Assembly (NCBI GenBank): GCA_050250955.1
Contig: JBFWNR010000003.1
Coordinates: 430,250 to 494,249 of the forward strand
DNA length: 64,000 nt
Direction of reading: 5' to 3'
Origin: Vicinamibacterales bacterium
GTDB lineage: Bacteria; Acidobacteriota; Vicinamibacteria; Vicinamibacterales; UBA2999
This document shows, piece by piece, positions 1 through 6,297 of the stretch. The first letter of the stretch is position 1, and every line of letters begins with the position of its first letter. The translations under genes and the position numbers were made by a program. The notes under the pieces were generated by a model. It did no database searches, was not told the origin of the DNA, and saw only the letters and a program-made list of their open reading frames with translations.

Positions 1-2
1 GC

Positions 3-1091
3 TGGATCCTGGTGCTGGCCGGCGTCAGCCAGCCGCTGGAGTGGGCCGAGTTCCCGCTGGTGGTCGACGCGGTCGTGGTCGTCACCCTCGTCGCCGCCGC
101 CGTCCAGTTCCTGCCGCCCTTCTTCGGCCGCAGCCTCGAGTCGATGTACGTGTCGAGCTGGTACATCGTCGGCGCGCTGGTGTTCACGCTGCTGGCGTAT
201 CCGATGGGCAACCTGGCGCCGGAGTTCCTGCCCGGCGCCGCCGGCGCGGCGATGAGCGGCCTGTGGATCCACGATGCGGTCGGGCTGTTCGTCACCCCGC
301 TCGCGCTGGCCATCATCTACTTCGTCATTCCCGCCTCGACCGGCCGGCCCATCTACAGCCACTTCCTGTCGATGCTGGGGTTCTGGCTGCTGTTCTTCCT
401 CTATCCGCTCAACGGGACGCACCACTACGTGTTCTCGGTGATTCCGATGGCGGCGCAGATGGGCGCCATCGTCGCCTCGACGCTGCTCGGGCTCGACGTG
501 GTGATCGTGGTGGCCAACCTGTTCCTGTCGATGCGTGGCGCCGGCCTCCTGCCCCGTGATCCGGCGCTGCGCTTGGTCGGCACCGGCACGGCGTTCTACA
601 TCGTGGTGAGCCTCCAGGGCTCGGCGCAGGCGCAGATGGCGGTCAACCAGGCCGTGCACTTCACCGACTGGGTCGTCGGCCATTCGCACATGGCGATGCT
701 CGGCTTCGCCAGCTTCGCCGCCGCCGGCGGCCTGGTGCACGCCTGGCAGCGCATGCCCGACGCCCGCTACAACGCCCGCGCCATCGCGTGGGCGTACTGG
801 CTGCTGGTCGTGGGCCTGGTGTTGATGGTGGTCGACCTGACGGCGGCCGGCCTCCTCCAGGGCCGGTTGTGGAACAACGGCGCCTCGTGGATCGACTCGG
901 TGACGGCGTCGCGGCCGTACTGGGTCGCCCGGGCATACATCGGCCTGGTCCTGGCTGCGGGTTTCATCGCGCTGCTCGTCGGCCTGACCACCGGCCCGCG
1001 CGGCGCCGGCATGGCGGTGCGCCCGGCCCCTGCGCCCGATGCCGCCGATCCGGTGGCGCCGCGGCTGTCGCCGGCGACGGAGGGCGCATGA
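3..1091 (+). CDS. Divergent cbb3-type (C-family) heme-copper oxidase subunit I, CcoN-like; 5' end lies outside the window
   Basis: Aligns by eye to the canonical CcoN at 6298: WIHDAVG (vs WYGHNAVA), FLYPLNGTHHY (vs VYIWAGPHHL), HFTDWVVGHSH (vs HFTDWTIGHVH); many hydrophobic helices. Frame is open from the window edge. Confidence 0.85.
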   Translation, partial: WILVLAGVSQPLEWAEFPLVVDAVVVVTLVAAAVQFLPPFFGRSLESMYVSSWYIVGALVFTLLAYPMGNLAPEFLPGAAGAAMSGLWIHDAVGLFVTPLALAIIYFVIPASTGRPIYSHFLSMLGFWLLFFLYPLNGTHHYVFSVIPMAAQMGAIVASTLLGLDVVIVVANLFLSMRGAGLLPRDPALRLVGTGTAFYIVVSLQGSAQAQMAVNQAVHFTDWVVGHSHMAMLGFASFAAAGGLVHAWQRMPDARYNARAIAWAYWLLVVGLVLMVVDLTAAGLLQGRLWNNGASWIDSVTASRPYWVARAYIGLVLAAGFIALLVGLTTGPRGAGMAVRPAPAPDAADPVAPRLSPATEGA

Positions 1092-2341
1092 CCGACCCGG
1101 CGGGCCGCGCGCTGCGCATGGCCTACGTGGTGGCCGGCGTGTGCGGCGTGGCGTTCTTCGCGCTGTCGGTCGGGCTGCTCGGCGTGTGGCCGGCGCGGGT
1201 GCTCGACGCCGAGACCGAGGCGATGGCGCCGCCGCGGCCGCTGGAGCCGACGACCAGCGAACGCCGTGGCCGCGCCGTCTACGTTCGCGAGGGCTGTGCG
1301 TACTGCCATACGCAGCAGATCCGGTATCTGCCCGCCGACCGCGCCCGCTTCGGCGCGCCGACGCTCGCCTGGGAGACACGGCGCGACACGCCGCACCTGC
1401 TGGGCACGCGTCGCATCGGCCCGGACCTGAGCCGCTCGGCCGGCACCCGCAGCGCCGACTGGCACTTCGCGCACCTGTATGCGCCCCGCGAGATCGTGGC
1501 CGGCTCGGTGATGCCGGCCTTCGCGTCGCTCTTCGACGGCGGTGCCGACCGTCCGCGCCAGGACGCCCGCGACCTGGTGGCCTATCTCGACTCGCTCGGC
1601 CGGGCCCGCGAGCTGGCCGGGCCCGAAGGCGAGGCGCACGCCCGCGAGGCCTGCGACTGCGCCGACGACGAGCGGCGGTCGCTCGCCTTCGGCGGGCCGT
1701 TGAACGCGCATCCCGCGCAGGCGCGGCGTGCCGAGTCGCTGCCGGCGGCGCTGACGAGCATCCGTGGCGACGCGGCCCGCGGCCACGATCTCTACGGCCA
1801 GCACTGCGCGACCTGCCATGGCGACACCGGCGCCGGCGACGGACCGGGCGCCCGGTGGCTCACCCCCGCCCCGGCCAACCTGGCCGCCCACACCTACGCG
1901 ACGCCGCGGCTGGCCGAGGTGCTGTGGAACGGCGTTGCCGGCACCGCCATGCCCGCGTGGCGCGATCGCACGCCCGCCGACCTGGCCGATCTCGCCGCCG
2001 CCGTCCAGTCGTTTGGCGACACCCGGCCGGAACCGCCCGTGCCCGATCACCTGGTGGCGATGGGCGCCGCGGTCTACACCGCCAACTGCGTGCAGTGCCA
2101 CGGCGAGCGCGGCGACGGACGTGGGTCGGCCGCCGACAGCCTGGTGATGGCGCCGGCGAGCTTCCGGGGGCAGCGCATCAGCCTGGCCGAGGCGGTGCGC
2201 GTGCTGCGCGACGGCATCCCGGGCACGCCGATGGCGCCGTGGACGTCGCGGCTCACCGATGCCGAACGGCTGGCCGTCGCCCACCACGTCCGCGGCTTCT
2301 ACGACGCGCCGGCAGCGTCGACACAGGCGGCGGGGCGATGA
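1088..2341 (+). CDS. CcoO-like cytochrome c fused to two extra c-type heme domains (triheme)
   Basis: ATG at 1088 overlaps the upstream stop (ATGA). N-terminal TM helix; CcoO motifs EGCAYCHTQQIR, GTRRIGPDL, GSVMP; then CATCH...AMPAW and CVQCH...PMAPW. Confidence 0.85.
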   Translation: MTDPAGRALRMAYVVAGVCGVAFFALSVGLLGVWPARVLDAETEAMAPPRPLEPTTSERRGRAVYVREGCAYCHTQQIRYLPADRARFGAPTLAWETRRDTPHLLGTRRIGPDLSRSAGTRSADWHFAHLYAPREIVAGSVMPAFASLFDGGADRPRQDARDLVAYLDSLGRARELAGPEGEAHAREACDCADDERRSLAFGGPLNAHPAQARRAESLPAALTSIRGDAARGHDLYGQHCATCHGDTGAGDGPGARWLTPAPANLAAHTYATPRLAEVLWNGVAGTAMPAWRDRTPADLADLAAAVQSFGDTRPEPPVPDHLVAMGAAVYTANCVQCHGERGDGRGSAADSLVMAPASFRGQRISLAEAVRVLRDGIPGTPMAPWTSRLTDAERLAVAHHVRGFYDAPAASTQAAGR

Positions 2342-2514
2342 TCACCGACCTGGTGGTATGGACGTCGGTGGCCCTGGCCGCGGCGTTCGTCGTCGCCTGG
2401 GCCTGCTCGCCCCGACTGCGCGCGTGGATCGAGCGGCCCAGCCAGGTCTTCCTCGACGCCGTGCGGCGCTATGATCGCGACACCCGAGGCGAACGGGAGC
2501 AGACCAGGCCGTGA
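2338..2514 (+). CDS. Small single-TM membrane protein (58 aa), possible CcoQ-like accessory subunit
   Basis: MITDLVVWTSVALAAAFVVAWACSPRLRAWIERP...; 4-bp overlaps with both neighbours (ATGA, GTGA). Confidence 0.65.
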   Translation: MITDLVVWTSVALAAAFVVAWACSPRLRAWIERPSQVFLDAVRRYDRDTRGEREQTRP

Positions 2515-3536
2515 CTACCGGAGACGAGCGCGGATTGCCGGGACTGGCGATCGCCGGCCTGCTGGCCGCGATCGTGGCCGTGGCGGCGGTGGCAGTCGGC
2601 CTGCGGACAGCCGACGTGGCTCCCGGCGGGTCGTCCGACGCGGCCTCGGCGACGGCACCGGCCACCTCGGGCGCCGAGCGGCCGCGGCCGCCGCAGCCGA
2701 TCGGCGAGGTGCCGGCCCACGCCACCGAGGAGTATGGCCGCCGGCTGGTGGCGCAGACGGCGGAGCTGCTCGGCCCCGACTCGGCGGCCCGCTACACGCA
2801 GAGTCGCCTCAACTGCGGCTCGTGCCACCTGATGACCGGCACCGATCCGGGCACCCTGGCGCTGCTGCAGACGAGCGAGCACTACCCGCGCTTCTCGGGC
2901 CGGGCCGGGGCGATGACCGACATCGAGGATCGCATCAACGAGTGCATGCAGCGGAGCATGAACGGCAAGCCGCTGCCACTCGACAGCCCCGAGATGATGG
3001 CGATGGCGGCCTACCTGCGATCGCTCGGCTCGCGCTACGAGGCGATGGGCGCGTCGCTGCGCAAGGCCGACGAACCGCCCGGGTTTGCGACCCCGTCGCG
3101 CGCCGCCGACCCGGCGGCCGGCGAGACGGTCTACACCACGCGCTGCGCGGTGTGCCACGGCGCCGACGGCCTCGGGCTGCTGGCGACCGGCGATCCCGCC
3201 AAGGGCTATCTCTTCCCGCCGCTCTGGGGCCCGGACTCGTTCAACGACGGAGCGGGCATGCACCGCGTGCTGACCGCCGCCCGCTTCATCAAGGCGCGCA
3301 TGCCGCTCGGCGAGCCCACCCTGACCGACGACCAGGCGTTCGACGTCGCCGCCTTCATCAACACCAAGCCGCGACCGGCGATGCCGAATCTCGAGCAGGA
3401 CTACCCGGACCGCTCGACCAAGCCGGTGGACAACCCCTACGGCCCCTTCGCCGACGACTTCCCGGTGGAACAGCACAAGTTCGGGCCGTTCCAGCCGATC
3501 GAGGCGCACTACAAGGCGCTGAAGAGCCGGAAGTGA
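2511..3536 (+). CDS. tsdA: Diheme cytochrome c of the thiosulfate dehydrogenase (TsdA) family
   Basis: CGSCH and CAVCH; RINECMQRSMNG carrying the putative Cys heme ligand; YLFPPLWGPDSFNDGAGMHR; FIKARMPLG; N-terminal hydrophobic anchor or signal. Confidence 0.75.
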   Translation: MTTGDERGLPGLAIAGLLAAIVAVAAVAVGLRTADVAPGGSSDAASATAPATSGAERPRPPQPIGEVPAHATEEYGRRLVAQTAELLGPDSAARYTQSRLNCGSCHLMTGTDPGTLALLQTSEHYPRFSGRAGAMTDIEDRINECMQRSMNGKPLPLDSPEMMAMAAYLRSLGSRYEAMGASLRKADEPPGFATPSRAADPAAGETVYTTRCAVCHGADGLGLLATGDPAKGYLFPPLWGPDSFNDGAGMHRVLTAARFIKARMPLGEPTLTDDQAFDVAAFINTKPRPAMPNLEQDYPDRSTKPVDNPYGPFADDFPVEQHKFGPFQPIEAHYKALKSRK

Positions 3537-3559
3537 CGCCGAACTCGGCGGGACCGGGC

Positions 3560-3568
3560 TGCTAGACT
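3560..3568 (+). promoter_or_regulatory. Candidate extended -10 element for tRNA-Ser
   Basis: TGCTAGACT (TGnTAnnnT) about 25 nt upstream of the tRNA. Confidence 0.45.
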
Positions 3569-3592
3569 GTTTCCGACCCGCACACGTCCCGC

Positions 3593-3682
3593 GGAGGGAT
3601 GGCCGAGTGGTTGATGGCGGCGGTCTTGAAAACCGCTGTACCCGAAAGGGTATCGGGGGTTCGAATCCCTCTCCCTCCGCCA
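3593..3682 (+). tRNA. tRNA-Ser (anticodon UGA)
   Basis: Acceptor stem GGAGGGA/TCCCTCC, discriminator G, encoded CCA; anticodon arm GCGGT-CTTGAAA-ACCGC; long variable arm TACCC-GAAA-GGGTA; T-loop GTTCGAATC. Confidence 0.97.
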
Positions 3683-3819
3683 CTATCCGCCGTGCGGAAC
3701 CGAACCTGGAGCGAGGCGGCTGCAGGTGGCCCGTGCGCGGAGTTCCTGTCAGCGCTGAATAATCCCGGGGAGTGAAGCCGGCGGCACGCCGACGGACCAG
3801 CACCGACGGCGACCGGGAT

Positions 3820-3834
3820 TGGCACGCGACCTGC
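3820..3834 (+). promoter_or_regulatory. sigma54 (RpoN)-type -24/-12 promoter
   Basis: TGGCACGCGACCTGC fits GG-N10-GC and TGGCACG-N4-YTGC; followed by GGAGG at 3848 and ATG at 3858. Confidence 0.65.
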
Positions 3835-3857
3835 GTGGCCAACTGCCGGAGGGCGCC

Positions 3858-5468
3858 ATGGATCGTCCCTCGGCCGCAGCCACGGCAGCGGTGCGTCAAG
3901 AGGTCATTCGGAACCGTCTCGGGTGCTGCGGTGTGGTCCTCGCCTGCGGGCTGGCGCTCGGTGGGTCGAACTGCAGCATCAGGACGCAACAGCCAGCGCT
4001 GGTGGCGCCGACCGCGGCCCCCGCGCCGTCCAAGGAGAGCCCGTATCTCAAAGCACACCTCCACAGCGGTGAGGTGTACGTCCTCGACTCGTGGCATCTG
4101 AGCACGGACAGCTCGCACCTCGAAGGTACCGGCTCCCGCTTCACCGTGCGACGGGAGCCAGCCGGCACCGGCCCCCAGTCGATCGCCGTCGAGGCGATCG
4201 CACTCATCGAGACCAATGCCCCGGACCACGTCGTCTCGATCGGCGCGGGTGTGCTCGGCACGCTCACGGTCGTGATGGGCACCATCACGGGCGTCTGCCT
4301 GGCCGATCCCAAGTCGTGCTTCGGATCGTGTCCGACTTTCTATGTCGACCAGGAAAGCCAGGGTCGACCCGAGGCCGAGGGCTTCTCGGAATCGATCGCG
4401 CGGGTGCTCGAGGCCCGCGACGTCGATGCGCTGTACACGGCTCGACCGACGGGCCGACAGTTCGCCCTGACCATGCGGAACGAGGCCCAGGAGACCCATG
4501 CGGTCCGACGGGTGCGTCTGCTCGCCGCCGACCGGCCGCCGGATGGACGCGTCATCGCCGGCGTCGACGAGCGCTTCTACCCGGCGACCGGCCTGTCCCG
4601 TCCCGATCGCTGTCGGGCGGCGGAAGGGGACTGCCTGGCGGCAGTTGCGGCCCACGACGGCGTCGAGCGCCAGTCGCCGGCCGACGCCGACGACCTGGCC
4701 ACGCGCGAGGACGTGGAACTGGTCTTCCCGCCGATGAGCGGCCGGGTCGGTCTGGTCGTCGCGGCGCGGCAGACGCTCCTGTCGACGTTCCTCTTCTACC
4801 AGACGATGGCCTATCTCGGTCGCAGCGGCGGCGATTTCCTGGCACTGCTCGAGCGCGGCGGGACCGAGCACGCCGAGAAGGCGATGGGCATGGCCCGCGC
4901 CCTGGGCGGCATCGACGCCGCGGTGGACGACGGCCGCGGGTCGTGGGCGCCCATCGGCAGCTTCGACGAAGCTGGCCCCATCGCGGGCGACGTGCGGCTC
5001 CTGCCGTTCGACACGGACCGGCAGGCGCCGATCCGCGTGCGCCTGCGGATGGCCAAGGGCCACTGGCGGCTCGGCTGGGTGGCGCTGGCCCGCGTCGGTG
5101 AACCGGTGACGCCAACGGTGGTCGAAGCGACCGCGGTGCTGCGGGAGGGGCGGCCTGTTCCGACCGCACTCGCCCAGTTGCGCGGCCTCGGCGGGCGCCT
5201 GGCGACGCTGCCAGGCGACGCCTACCGAATCAGCTTCGAGCTGCCGCGGCCCGGTCCGGAACTCGAGCTGTTCCTGGAAACCGAAGGCTACTACTACGAG
5301 TGGCTCCGCACCGAGTGGCTGCACGAAGAGAACCCGTGGTTGGCGGCGCTCGCCCTGGGCTCGGCGGAGCAGGCGTTGCGCGTGCTCGCCAGGCCGTTCA
5401 AGGAGCGGGAGGCCACCCTCGAGGCCGCCTTCTGGGCGAGCCGGTTCAGGAAGGGAGGCGCGCAATGA
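3858..5468 (+). CDS. Hypothetical exported or lipoprotein-like protein with Cys-rich CLADPKSCFGSCP motif
   Basis: Long ORF with GC3-rich codons; SD GGAGG; hydrophobic segment ending GGSNC; second hydrophobic helix just before the Cys motif. Confidence 0.75.
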   Translation: MDRPSAAATAAVRQEVIRNRLGCCGVVLACGLALGGSNCSIRTQQPALVAPTAAPAPSKESPYLKAHLHSGEVYVLDSWHLSTDSSHLEGTGSRFTVRREPAGTGPQSIAVEAIALIETNAPDHVVSIGAGVLGTLTVVMGTITGVCLADPKSCFGSCPTFYVDQESQGRPEAEGFSESIARVLEARDVDALYTARPTGRQFALTMRNEAQETHAVRRVRLLAADRPPDGRVIAGVDERFYPATGLSRPDRCRAAEGDCLAAVAAHDGVERQSPADADDLATREDVELVFPPMSGRVGLVVAARQTLLSTFLFYQTMAYLGRSGGDFLALLERGGTEHAEKAMGMARALGGIDAAVDDGRGSWAPIGSFDEAGPIAGDVRLLPFDTDRQAPIRVRLRMAKGHWRLGWVALARVGEPVTPTVVEATAVLREGRPVPTALAQLRGLGGRLATLPGDAYRISFELPRPGPELELFLETEGYYYEWLRTEWLHEENPWLAALALGSAEQALRVLARPFKEREATLEAAFWASRFRKGGAQ

Positions 5469-6013
5469 GGCCGCATCTCTCGAAAGCCGTCGCGCTGCTG
5501 GTGGCCGCTGCGCTGCTTCACGGCTGCGCCATCGGGCGCATGACGCCGTCGGTGCTCGGCCGCGACGTCAAGGTGATCCCCCGCGCCGGCGGCACCAGAA
5601 CGCAAGGCGAGCTGCTGACCGTCACCCCCGAGCATGTCGTGGTGCTGGCGAAGCACGGGGTCCAGACCGTGGCCATTCCGCAGATTCGCGAAGTCCGTGT
5701 CCGGCGCCACGGCTTCGACGGCCGCAAGGCATGGGCGTGGACGCTCATCGGCGCCGCCGTCACCGGCATCGGTCTGGCCGTCGCATGCACCTCGGTCGAA
5801 GGGACGAGCGAGTGCGGCGGGGCCGGATTCGCCGGTGCGGTCCCATGGCTGGTCTTCGGAGGAATCGCATCCCTGGCGGCGGGGCGCACCGCGTTTCAAT
5901 CGTTGGATCCGGCCCGGCGCGACCTGCTGAGCCCGTTCGCCCGCTACCCGCAGGGGCCGCCGCCGGGGTTCGACCTTCAGCGCCTGACCACGCCGACGAC
6001 GACGTCACGGTGA
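5465..6013 (+). CDS. Hypothetical lipoprotein with two hydrophobic Gly/Ala-rich helices
   Basis: ATGA overlap with upstream gene; SD GGAGG; MRPHLSKAVALLVAAALLHGC lipobox-like signal. Confidence 0.75.
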   Translation: MRPHLSKAVALLVAAALLHGCAIGRMTPSVLGRDVKVIPRAGGTRTQGELLTVTPEHVVVLAKHGVQTVAIPQIREVRVRRHGFDGRKAWAWTLIGAAVTGIGLAVACTSVEGTSECGGAGFAGAVPWLVFGGIASLAAGRTAFQSLDPARRDLLSPFARYPQGPPPGFDLQRLTTPTTTSR

Positions 6014-6058
6014 CGCTCGGGCCGACCGCTCCGGTCGGATATCGGCGGTCGCACGACA

Positions 6059-6078
6059 CCGCGGGGCAAATCCCGCGG
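6059..6078 (+). terminator. GC-rich hairpin downstream of the lipoprotein pair (possible terminator, no U-tract)
   Basis: CCGCGGG-GCAAAT-CCCGCGG inverted repeat. Confidence 0.35.
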
Positions 6079-6136
6079 CGTTCGCGTAGTTCCCCACGGC
6101 TGCGGCGCCGCGTCACGCCCGCACCAGGGCATCGCT

Positions 6137-6174
6137 CGTGAAAAAGAGCACAAGTCGGTTGGAACGATGCTTGC
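6137..6174 (+). promoter_or_regulatory. sigma54-type promoter with adjacent CRP/FNR-family-like box upstream of the cco-act operon
   Basis: TGGAACGATGCTTGC at 6160-6174 (GG-N10-GC); CGTGA-AAAAGA-GCACA at 6137-6152 matches TGTGA-N6-TCACA at 8 of 10 positions. Confidence 0.55.
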
Positions 6175-6297
6175 CCTCCCCGGTCGCTGATCGCTGAGGA
6201 CGAAGCTGCGCCCCGGGGCCGGCTTCGCGGGTTCGGGTGTGGGCGACCGTGTGGTCGCGCGGCCGGTGCCGCCAGCGTTGACCGGGTGGGGGACTCG

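Noticed and set aside
3-1091. Calling the CcoN paralog a nitric oxide reductase (NorB)
   Set aside because: It keeps the C-family helix-VII Tyr and lacks the HLWVEG-type Glu motif of cNOR/qNOR; its partner is CcoO-like.
6040-6120. c-di-GMP-I riboswitch suggested by GGGCAAA
   Set aside because: No GAAA tetraloop stem or GACGCAAAG segment follows; it is a simple hairpin.
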